From assembly GCA_028534125.1 (NCBI GenBank), contig CM052830.1:24366138-24430000 (forward strand): 63,863 bases of DNA. The letters run 5' to 3'. The stretch is from Lama glama. Lineage: Eukaryota. The notes beneath the pieces were generated by a model. That model was not told the origin of the DNA. It was given only the letters and a program-made list of their open reading frames with translations, and searched no databases. Both the position numbers and the translations under genes were made by a program. This document shows, piece after piece, positions 39,526-50,450 of the stretch (position 1 is its first letter; each line of letters begins with the position of its first letter).

Positions 39526-42500
39526 AGGAGGAATTCTTGAACCTACTCCTGTGCCTCCCGCAACCCCAGCCGCTGGCTCTGAGTGACCGTGTCTCTTCTC
39601 ACTGCCGCTAGTGGCTCCGGCTCCAGAGGAGGGGAAGGCGGTGCAAGTGTGGGGGGTCGGGAGTGCGGGGTCTTCCACTTAGACTGCAGCTGCCTCACCC
39701 AACGGTGCATCTGAAATCAAACCTGCCTCGCTGCCCCAAGACTAATTTCTTCCCGGAAAAAACCCACAGCCGTACAAAAAAACATTTGACCCACATAAGA
39801 AATTAATAGTCTTCCTGTTACTATACTGGTAGCTGTTTCCTGTGAGCAAACACCCTGACCTTATCGGCCCGAGAGAACACTGACCTCCTCTCTGTCGAGG
39901 CTGGATGACGAGACTTCATTACCTTGACAAGGAAGCGTGTTGCTTTAGTGACCTGGAAGGGAAACGGGGCGGGTGTGGGGTGGCGGGGAGGGCAGGGCGA
40001 GAAGTCTGTATTCACTCCGTCACACGTATTTTTAACATACTTGAAATCATACAATTTTGCATCCTGCTTTCTCTCACACAGTGGTAAGCATTCTTCCAAA
40101 GTTTAAACACCACCCCCACCCAACCACCTTGTCTTACATAAGCCCCGTTTTAAATGCCTGTATCACGTTCCACTGTAGAGCAGAGCACAGCCTGTGAGTT
40201 TTAGGGGCAAAAGGCAACGTTCCAGGATTATTCTTGCTAAAGCAAATCCTCGTGAGCCCTAATAACTAGCTGAGGAACCGCTGGAGGCGTTCCAGAGAAG
40301 TCGCTGACGGGGAACAGCTTTTTTAGACTGGGGACGCGGCTCCAAGTTGTCACAGCGGTGTGCGCGAGGCGCGGACGCCAGCGCTGCTGTAGGGATGTGA
40401 GCTGGGTCAGGAAACACATCCCAGGAGGCGGCCAGGGTAAAGCGTTAAAATAAAAAACCCAACAGATACAGAAGACACACTGCCTGGGCGGCGTGTCCCC
40501 GGGAGAAAAACTGGAGGCTTGGTCGGAGGACGTCTGGCCCGGACGCAGGCAGGCAGGCAGGCAGCTGCGCTCCTGGGGGCCTGCTCAGGCCCGGGGCCAG
40601 CAGGTTCCTAGCTCTGAGCTCTGACCATCTGTGCGGCTGCGTGGCCCTGGGTTCTCGGCCCTGACTGCACGTGAAGGGAAAACAGGACTTACCACATCCG
40701 GACTTTTCCTGGAGGCGGGGTGGGCTGTATGACCCCCCGTCAGCCACCACCCCACCCTCAGAAGTCAGGGTCCCTGCTCCTTAGTCGGGCGTGGCAGGAA
40801 ACACTGAGATATCAATTTTGCAGAGCATTTTACATCCAGTTTTTTGTTTTGTTTTGTTTTGATCTTGCAGACCCTATTTTCAGGCCTCACCGTAGGGAGA
40901 CTTGGTTAAGGCTCCGCCTCCGATTGCCGCAGGTCTTCTTGGAGGCTGCAGCAGAGTTTCACCCAGCAATCTGCGGGGAACCTCCCAGGGAAGTGGCAGG
41001 AGCCCGCTGTCCCATTAGGACTCTCAGTGCCCTTCCCAGAGGGCCCAGCCTAAGCGTCAGGGGGTTGGAACTCGGCAGGAAGTGCGGCCCGTTTTAGGTC
41101 ACAAGCAGCTTCCTCGGCAGCCGCCCTGATGTAGCCCACCTCCCCCTGAGCCACGCCCCCCCCGCCCCACTCAGACACCGGATCAGCCGGTAAACGCCGT
41201 CAGCACCACCCCCCAAGTCTGCCTTGGATCCACGCCTCTGGCTCCCCAGTGCAGGGCAATCTCCTCGCTGGTCTTCCAGCCTCCATTTTCCTGCCTCCGC
41301 CTGGGCTCCACGCCACAGCCAGCATGATCTTTCCAAGCTGAGCGTGTCTGACTCGAAGCCGGTGTAAAGTTAGTGATCCTCATGTCTTTTACTGGAAACC
41401 ATCCCAAACCAAAAAGGAATTAAGAAATTAAAAAACCCATTTTTAGTGAAAGGAAGAGACACTTAAAACACAGAACAGGTGGGAGAATTGCCCCAAGCCA
41501 GAGACCCTCCGCAGAGGAGGTGGACGCGGACAGTCTGCCGCAGCCGCAGGGACAGCTGCATGACACCCATCAGAAGGTGGGGGCACACCTGCAGGCGCAG
41601 CTCTCGTCCCCAGCAGCAGGGAGCAGGTGCGTATGCTGGCGGCATGAGGTCTGCTGGGCCAGGACTAACCGGGGCATCATCGCCCAGAGGAGCCGTACTT
41701 GTCTCTGCAGCAACAGAGGAGGCGGCACTTGGCGCTGGGAAGAGCCTCCCCTGGGCTGGAGGCAACGCAAGCTAAGTGCCCTTATATTAACCCTGGGTCA
41801 CAAGGAACATTGAGACCACCTGGAAGGCAACCTTGACCGCCCGCATACAGGAGGTCTGTGAGGAAGGCAAAGAATCAGCTGCTTCAGTGACGGTTAATCA
41901 ATACAAAGATTTGACAAGAAAAAAAGGGAAAAAAGATTAAACAAACAGCAGGTGAAGGTGCATCAAAGAGCGTTTCCACGGAGAGGTGGAGACTCCAGCC
42001 AGAGAGTTAAGGAGACAGTGAGGCGACGGCGTCTGTGAAGAAAGAGCACACGGAGACCCGGGACGGCGTGAAACCGCAGGAGGACACGAGCCGGAGCTGG
42101 CGGAGCTGAGGGAGGGAGTGGAGGGAAGAGACAGCCATTTAACCTGCATGCTTCAAATGAAGTCTAAAATCGGAAGGAGTCAGAGGGAGAATAAATACTG
42201 TTAAAAACCAATTAAGAGGAAGCAAGAGAAATGAGGGAACAGAAAATTAAATGGAAGTAAAGCATGAGAGAAGACAACAGATATGAAAGACCGAGAGGAC
42301 GCAGGAGGCTGACACCGCAGTTTGCTTCTAGGAAGGGAAATTAGGTCGTTGGGGCGGGGGGAACGGAAGATTCTCAGTCTTTTGAGAATTTTGACTTCTA
42401 TGAACATATTAGCTCTTCAGAAAAGAAGCTAATTAAGCAATCCCTGCAGCCCCCCAACACACACACATTCAAAAACCTCATTATGCTCCAAACCCTGCGG

Positions 42501-44144
42501 TCATTAGCAAGGCAACCCTAGAATTTACTGCCCAACAGGGGTTGGAAGGAGGTGCGACAGGTACAACCCAAGACCAAGGCCGCCTACGCAGAGGCCGGTC
42601 ATGACGCGGCCCTTGCTGCCCTCTCTCCCCCATTCCAGCCCGTGGCTCTCCCCCGAGCCGAGCCCCAGGCCTCTCGGTCTCCTCCAATCACCCCCACTGT
42701 CTCGGGGATGGTCAGCGATCAAAATTAGCAACGTGCGCCCCCAGGCTAGCCGCGCGCCCAGGAATCAGGAATCAGGTCCAGCATAGCGCTGCCCGCCTGT
42801 GTCCAAGACTCGAAGCCCTCACGTCCACAGCTGGGGGCAGGAGGCGGGCCGACGCAGGTGCTGCGTCTTTAGAATTTTGCCCTGGCTCCTCCCTGGCTCC
42901 GCCTTCTGTGCAGAGCCGGGTCTGAGAGGTGACCTCTGCCGTGCCACCCCAGCCAGGCCCGGCCTCCGTGCCTTCCGTGCACAGCTGTGACGACCCGGAG
43001 CCACACTTCCAATCTCCCAGCACCAGCCACTCTCTCTCAGCAATTTCTCTGGAAACTGCATAATCTCCAATGCGTGATTTCCATTAGTAACTTCATTTTG
43101 AAAGCCCGTCAAGTCTACTGGGTGCTGCCCAAGAACCCAACATGCAAACACCCTAACAGCTGCCCCCTTTAAAAGAAGGAAAAGTTTTCTTCCTTCGGTT
43201 CAAAACTTCCAAACTCATTTTGTCCCTACTCCTGGCCTCGGAGCAGAACTGACGAGGAAGAAGAGAGCACTGGGTCCCGGGACACGTGGCATGGGGTTCG
43301 CCGGGCTCCTCTCTCCCTGTGACTGCTCTCTGAAGCCCCTCCCTCCCTCCCTAAGAAGTTGAACGGAAGACCCCCAACTGGCCTCAGCTGCAGCTGTCAC
43401 TCCTGCGAGCCTCCATCTCTCCATCCATCAGTGCTCTTGTGAGGACCAGGGGCGACACCGCGGGAACCCCGAGTCCTGCACGCTGCGCGCAGCAGGCCGC
43501 TGGGCAGTGATCACCCCCTCCTGCCTCTGGAGTCTGTCCTCTAGGGGACGTGACTGTGCTGGGCCTTCCCAGTGGCACTGCTCGTGAGCTAGAAAGGGCA
43601 GCCCCGCCGCTCAGGATGCTGGTTTGCAGGGAACCGAGTGGTCGCGTTGACGCCTGCAGAAAGCTTTCTTGCCAAGCCTGAAACACCTTGCAGACCTGAG
43701 CCTGCTGGTGGCACCTCTGTGGCTCTGGCAGGCCCGCGGAGTCCAGTCAGACGCCCGGGGAGAGGCAGAGTACTTGGTTTCCTTCAGGTTCCAGCAAAGT
43801 CAGGTGGCCACCACGTCCACTTCAGCACGAGGAAGCTCACATGCACTGCGCTGTCTGTCTGGCACGTGGGAGGTGTTCAGTAAACACCAGCGAGCTGAGC
43901 AATGCCAAGGAGTAAACGAATTAACTGCGCAGGCCAGAGTGAACTCTGCATTGTCTGACTCTGTGCTGTCTGTTTCGCTGTGTATGAATGGCTAACTGCC
44001 AGTGCTGATGTGTTAGATAAGCACACACAGAGGTGTGTGAGGCCCTGTGCTAGGTCCTGGGGACACAAGTACAGGCAACAAAGTCTTGCCTTCCGAGAGC
44101 TCTCTGTGCAGAGAGGGAGGCGGGGCGAGGGGACTACAACCTGC

Positions 44145-44495
44145 ACTGTCCGCCGGGGCCGCGGGAACCAAACACCACAGACCGGGTGGCTTAAACCGCA
44201 GGCCCTTATTCTCCCACGGCTGTAGGAGCTGGAAGTCCGAGATCAAGGTCCAGCCAGCGCGGGGTCTGCTGAGTTGAGCGCTCTCTCCCCGGCTTGCAGA
44301 TGGCGGCCTTGACGCAAGCTTCCTCGGCGCCTGCAAGAGAGAGCTCACCGAAGCCTCTTCTCAAAAGTAGGCTGACCCTATCGGACCAGGGCCTCGCCCC
44401 GCAGCCTCGCTTAACCTTCATTACTTCCTTGTGCCAACCATGACCACACTGGTGCTGCAGCGTACGACTTTGGGGGCGACATTCAGTCCACAGCG
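44145..44495 (-). mobile_element. MLT1A-like MaLR LTR
   Basis: aaacaccacagaccgggtggcttaaac...ctggaagtccgagatcaaggt...ttaaccttcattacttcctt...acattcagtccac. Confidence 0.75.
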
Positions 44496-45179
44496 TTACC
44501 GTGCAGCGTGACAGCCCTGCGCCGGAGGGCCCTGAGGCACCCAACCCAGCCTGGATGCCGCGCGGCGAAGGGGCCACCGAGGGGGGGTCCTTTGACATGG
44601 CTTTTAAATCAGGTGCCTGCAGTCCTGACCCTGTGGGCTGCAAAACGCCCCTTCCCCTCTCCCCCCCCCCCCCGCTGTCTCTCTTATCTGCCTGTCTTTC
44701 GCTTTCCGTGATTTTCCTTGGCTTTTCGCACAGGGAGTACACAGGCGCGCTTCTGTTATAAGAGCCTGAAACAACACACGCAGGAGACTTCACAGCGAAA
44801 GGTCAAGACCGCACGGCGCCCCCACACCCAGCTCCTCCGCCCTCGTCGCAGACAGATCCCCACCGGCAGACGGACCCGCACCGTCCGCCTGCGCCCCCTT
44901 GGGTCTGCGTGCGCGCGCACAGACATGGTTGTACGTGAGGCACGACGGACGTGCACACGACTCCCGTGTTTTCACGTGGTCGGGGCCCTGCCGATCGCGA
45001 TGCTCCCCCCGCCGTGCGTCTGAGGACCGGCAGCGAGGGAGCCGGCAGGGCTCTCACACGCAGCCTCCGTCTAACGGCTCCAGACTGCAGGTTCCTCATG
45101 GTTTGTTTAACCTTCATCGCTGACGTTTCTGGCATGTCTAACTTTTTTGCTATCGAAAGCAAGGAAGCAGTGGCTCTTG

Positions 45180-45660
45180 CGTCAGTTATTTCTTGCTCCT
45201 AACACGTTCTCCCAAAACCTTGTGTCCTACAGCTGTGATGAGTATTTACCGTGGCTCAGTTTCTGCCGTCAGGAACTGGGGGGTGCCTGGCTGGAGGGCT
45301 CCCGGCTCAGGGGGTGCATTAGGCTGCGGTCAGGATGTTGGCTGGGGTTACAGTCACTGCAGTTTGACGCGGCTGGAGGGTCCACTCACTCCAGGGCTGG
45401 CAGGCGGGTGCGGGCTGCTGGTGGGAGCTTCAGCCGCCCCCGCGTGGCTCTCTCCGCAAGGCTGACGGAGTGTCCTCACGACACGGCGGCAGGCTTCCCC
45501 CGGCGTGACTGGTTCCCCAGGGCAAACAGAGGCACCAATGCCCTTTATGACCTGGCCGCAGAAGTCACAGGTCGTCACCTCTGCCTCATTCCGTCCATTA
45601 GCACAGAGTGAGCTGCTGGGCCAGACGCCGGGAGCGGGGTGAGGGGGACTGACCAGGAGC
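45180..45660 (-). mobile_element. MLT1F/G-like MaLR LTR
   Basis: cagtttctg...tcaggaact...ggatgttggctgggg...gtgtcctcacgacacggcggc...tttatgacctggcc...gaagtcaca. Confidence 0.65.
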
Positions 45661-47338
45661 CCAGCGCAGTCTGGGTGAACAGAACACACAGAGATGAGAC
45701 GCTGCCCCTGAGATCCTCCCACCACCCCGAAAGGACGTGTCCATCACCACAAAGGCTCCTGTGGACACGCCCTGCCCGTCCTAAAGGCATTACCGACGAA
45801 CGGGGGAGGGGAGAGGAGGCTCCCGGAAGGAGACCGTGGGTGGCGCAGGTGCCCTCGGGACTGGGCCAGGATGGAGAGCGAGCGTCAGCGCTGGAAGGCT
45901 GCGGCTCACGCATTTCTAAGCTGCTCTGGGCACGAGCAGGGAGGGGAGCGCGATGACCCGGGAGAAGGCGGCGGCAAACGGAGAAGCGTGTGGGCTCTGG
46001 GGCCAGTCCGCCGGCTGCCACGGCCCGTCCTGCCACGTCGCTCTGCTGACACGCAGACGCGTGCGAGCCCCGAGCAGCCCGCGGGCGGCGCGGGGACCCG
46101 GGGACTTGCCCCAGACAGCGGGGCGGGGAGCGCGGCGGCTGCTGCCACCACGGTGGGAAGTACCACGCAGGCGCCTGGACGCCGCGAAGACTCGGGGCTG
46201 CTGCGACTGAGGAGAGTCACGAGGGGAGAGAGTCTCCAGGACCCTGGTTTCCTCCCTGTGCCATCTTGTTCCCTCCCTGGTGATTCCCGCACACTTCGTG
46301 TTAACGCCCAGCCCAGAAAAACCGCAGCAGCCCTGCTTTCATAGAAGACCCTTCTCGCCGAGAAAAGGCGGATGTGGCTTTATGCGCTGACCTGTCACGT
46401 GTGCACTTCAGCGGGGGACATGCTGTGTTTGCCTGAAGCAGAGGGATGGAAGTCTGATGACGACGTTTCAGGCATCAGCCAAGCCGGGGGGGGGGCACCT
46501 GGCCCGGCTGGTGCTTCCCGGTGCTGCTGCCACCGTGACTCGAGGGAGCGGCCCACCTCCTCTCCTCTGCTCCCCCACTTCCCTCCCGGGCAGCCTGTCC
46601 TCCCCTTGCCCACGGCCACCTGAGTCCCTGACGATTCCGGGTGGGTGCGTTTCCACAGGCAGGTGTGCGTCCTGTTTAGTCACATTAAAAATAAATCACT
46701 TGGCCACACAGACAGTACATCAATCTGCTACTTTCCTCCGCTTTCCAGGAACAGACGGTTCAAAAACACAGAAGTGCAAGCGGGCAAGGAGGGAGGGGGA
46801 GCGGACAGCGCCTTCCCAGCTGGCCTCCGACTTCCGTCCCGTCAGAGGTGGAATCGGTCACGCCGGCAGCTCACCAATACCTCAGCCTCGCGGGCCTCCA
46901 GCTGCGGGAGGAACGAGGTGTGGGGAGGACGGCGGCTCTGCGCCGGGCCCGGTGCGGGCTTTTGCACCTGGTGTCTCCCGAAGGGGATCAGGATCCTGGC
47001 CAGTTTCGCTTCCAGGGTCTCGTTTCTTCAGACTGGAAACCTCACATCATTCTCTAGTAACTCCCCAGAGTCCTGGGGTCAGACAGACCCAGCCCCACCC
47101 CTGTGGGCAGGGGTTCTAACATCTCCGAGCCTCTGTCTTCGTCTCCACAACGAGGATGGGGGTCAGGGAGGAATAAGGTAACATATTTAAGACAAATGGT
47201 AAAGCGCCGGGAGTCAGACGGGCACAAGGACGGACTGCACAGTATCGCGTAGTTACTGTAAACGGAGAGCAGTCTTTAAACTGGCATAAAGAAGTCAAAG
47301 TTTAAAGAAATGTAGGCAATATCAAGACAACAAATTCC

Positions 47339-47421
47339 GTGCTCGCTTCAGCAGCACATACACTAGAACTGGGACGACACGGCAATTAGCACGGCCTCGC
47401 GCAAAGATGACGCGCAAACTC
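47339..47421 (+). pseudogene. RNU6: U6 snRNA retropseudogene (3'-truncated)
   Basis: Starts exactly at U6 nt 1 (GTGCTCGCTTC.GCAGCACATA) and aligns through ATTAGCA.GGCC...GCGCAA.GATGAC.CGCAAA. The catalytic ACAGAGA box is destroyed and the 3' end with its oligo-U is missing. Confidence 0.92.
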
Positions 47422-47429
47422 TTTCAAGT

Positions 47430-47666
47430 CTCAAAACAAACTTGCGGTTACCAGGGGGACGAGGCGGTGGGGAGGGGCGCACGGGGAGTCTGGGATTGGC
47501 AGGTACTGAGCGCTACGTGTAAAACAGATACAAAGGTCCCTCCTGCCGTAGAGCGCAGGAACTCTATTCAGTATCTCGAATAACCTACAACGAAAAGGAG
47601 CTCAGCCTCCACGCTGTGCACCAGAAACTAACACAGCGTCGAAAATCGACGATGCTTCGATAAAAA
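47430..47666 (+). mobile_element. L1 3' UTR fused to the U6 copy (U6/L1 chimera)
   Basis: aaacaaacttgcggttacc...taacctacaacgaaaagga...ccagaaactaacac...ataaaaa. The whole U6+L1 unit is flanked by aagacaacaaattcc (47324-47338) and aagtcaacaaaacc (47689-47702). Confidence 0.85.
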
Positions 47667-48139
47667 CCATAAAGCTAGATCGAGAGAAAAGTCAACAAAA
47701 CCAGGCAGGGGCCTTGTTGATGGTGATTCCAACGTCCCGCCCTGGGGTGCGCGCACTCACGATCCTGTCGCTGTTCTTCCCGGTGCAACGTCCCACCGAG
47801 AGGTCATACTCCTCACCTGCAAATTCACAACAAAAGAAGGCACCTCAGAGCGCCTGAAGAGGCGACTAAAACCAGACGGCGCTCAGCCTCTCCCCACAGC
47901 ACGCACACAAGCTCACCCTCCGAGAGACGTCCGTGACCTGCACAGGTTAGGGCGGCCGTGTTCCAGGAGCTGCGTGTGTGCTTGTGTTTCTCATTTTTGG
48001 CAAAATCGGTCTGAGGGGGAGAGATCTGAGTCTGCTGTAGGAATATTGAAAAATTTTGTAGAAATTTAGAAAACCAGAGCCTTGCCTGGACGAAGCGCTC
48101 TGTGGGGGCGCCTGCGGGGGCGCCTGCGGCCAGCTGGGC

Positions 48140-48600
48140 CCACGGTCACGCCTGCCTGGCGGGCATCCTCCACGTGGGCGCTGGGCTGCTCTGCGACTCG
48201 CTCAGAGCAGCAGAATATGGCAGAAGCAACACCGGGCCCGGGCCTTGAGAGGCTGGAAGCACACGCCTTTGGCCCTTGGGAAGCATTGAGCCAACACGTG
48301 AGAAACGAGGTCTCCGCGCAGCAGGGACCGTCTGGAGAGCTCGTGAGATTACATGGGGGTGGGGAGACCCAGCTGCCCCAGCTGGTCCCAGACACCCCGG
48401 CAGAGCGGCAGCCACGTGAGTGACCCAGCGTGGATATCCCAGCCCAGTCCAGCCCCCAGATGGCTGCAGCCCAGCTGGTGTCACAGGCCCCAGAAGGACT
48501 GCCCCGCTGGGCCCAATCCACCCGCAGACTCAGGGGGGCAGTAAAACACTCGTCTCAAGCCATTAGCTTTGCAGCCTGACTTACACAGCAGCCGAGACTG
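48140..48600 (+). mobile_element. MLT1H-like MaLR LTR
   Basis: cagaatatggcagaag...ggccttgagaggctgg...ccagcccagtccagcccccagatggctgcagccc...cagaaggactgcccc. Confidence 0.6.
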
Positions 48601-50428
48601 AAGCGGCCAGCAACGCTGTGGAGCCTTCCTGAGTATCAGACCGTGGCCCCCCACCAGGAGGGACGCAGGGACACCGCCCCCGGAACATCGTGTGGGCGGG
48701 AGGCTCCATGTGGGCAGGTGGAAAGGCCCCAAGCATGTGCGAAGCCACACTGAGGGGTGCGCTTAGAAGACTCCTTAGTGACGGGGGGGTGTGAGGCAGG
48801 GAACGCTTCCCAGAGAAAGGTTTTGAGCTGCATTTTGAAGGAAAGGGCAGATGGCATCAGCTGTGTGGCAGAGAATGAGGAACAGGGGCATCGCTAGCAG
48901 CAGAGCCGGAGAACAAGGCGCAGCGGCAAGAGGAGCCGAGGAACGCATGGGCCTGAGTTTAGCTGGATATGAAAACAGCAGGGCTGAGCGGAGGCCTGCA
49001 GAGGTCAGGCTGTAGTCCGCAGGGGGGCTCAGGAAAGCGGGTCGTTTCATGGTCTTCTCTCTCCCCTCCCAGGTGTGGAATGGCCATGCGCCCTTCACTG
49101 CTGGGCGGCAGACGCTGGTGGTTGTGGCGTCTCAGGGGAGAGTCTCTCTTCAGCACCCACGGGAGGGGGCGCGGGGCTGTGCAGAACCTGTTTGCTGGGA
49201 GCCCTTTTAGGGCCCCCCCGGGACAGCTTGCGGGGCGGGGCGGGGCGGGGTGGGGTTGTCAGGCCCCGGGTGCACAGCGGGAGCAAGGCTAAGACTGTCG
49301 GAGCAGCGGCCGCACCGAGGCTGCCTGGTGGGTGGTTAGCAGGCTTGTGGCTCACGTCAGGCACAACGCAAGGCTGGTGCCACGGGACAGACAATGACTC
49401 CAGAGCCGCCCCCCCTTGGCTTCCCTCCCCTCGGGTGTTTGGTGGGGCCCCAGCGTCCCCTGCCTGGGGAGGTCTGGGTCCTGCTTGCCTCCTTGGCTCT
49501 GGGGGTCGGGGCCAGGCCAGAAGGTGATGGCTGGCGCTGAGTCACTCTTCTTGACTCAAGGGAAAATGAGCGACTCTGCCCGTTCCCTGGGGGACACGGA
49601 GGGAGCAAGGGCAAGTTGGAGGGGGCGCGGGGGGCGGTGGCTCTTGCTCCAGGCAGAGGAAAGCTGAGGGCCGGGGGCCGGCGGGATCATCACAGCTCCT
49701 CTTTCCAAACTTCAGGGTGGTCCCCGAGTTTGTGGGTCCTCCCAGCCTGCCCCACGTGTGATCTTAGCGTACACAGATCGCACAGACACCGAGTGAATCG
49801 GTGAGGAGTCTGTTCAGTGCAGGGAGCACACCTCCTGACAATGGTCGCAACGCGCCCTCAGTCCCAGCGTCGCCCCGGGAGGAAGGCGCACTTCCTGTCC
49901 CAGAGCGGGGGCCGCCGGCGAGGGCCCGGCTCTCTGCCTCCGACCCCCATTCGGCCTGTGCTTTGGCTTCTGCCCCCTGGTCGCAGGGTCCCTCCAGACG
50001 TCCTGGCATCTTGGCCAAGACAGGAAGCAGGGGGCGGGGGTGGCAGCAGCCTCTCCTATTCCTTTTATTAAGAGAACGAAACTTTCCCAGAGTCTCGCCG
50101 TTGCTGAGAACAGGCACATGGCCACATCAGCGTTTCAGGACTAATTAATCTGGTCATTCTTTATGCCCAGAACAAGGTCGGGGGTCAGTTTGCAAAGAAG
50201 AAAGGGGAAAGGATGCTGGGGTCGGGTTGTCTTGCCCCTCGCTGTTCACAGGGTGAGGCCCTGACAAGGGGACAAACATTCTACTGCATATCAGAACTAA
50301 ACAGTAAAACAATTCAAATGACGTTGGATACAACCTGACCAGAGAAAAAGTCTCTGCTGCTGTTCACTAAGCACTGGAGGAGCTGTGAGGGGAGAGAGGA
50401 CCCAGCTGTGGGTGGAGAGGACACGGGG

Positions 50429-50450
50429 ACACACACACACACACACACAC
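50429..50450. repeat. (AC)11 microsatellite
   Basis: Directly visible. Confidence 0.95.

Noticed and set aside
41880-42430. Purine-rich block possibly from HAL1/L1 ORF1
   Set aside because: The composition is suggestive, but I could not match diagnostic sequence, so it was not called.
45840-46220. CpG-island promoter (also the GC boxes/G4 at ~49230)
   Set aside because: CpG density is equally high inside neighbouring ancient repeats, so it is better explained by regional GC bias. There is no associated exon or TSS evidence.
47339-47421. Functional U6 snRNA gene
   Set aside because: The ACAGAGA box is lost, the 3' end is missing, I saw no Pol III terminator, and it is fused to L1 within TSDs.
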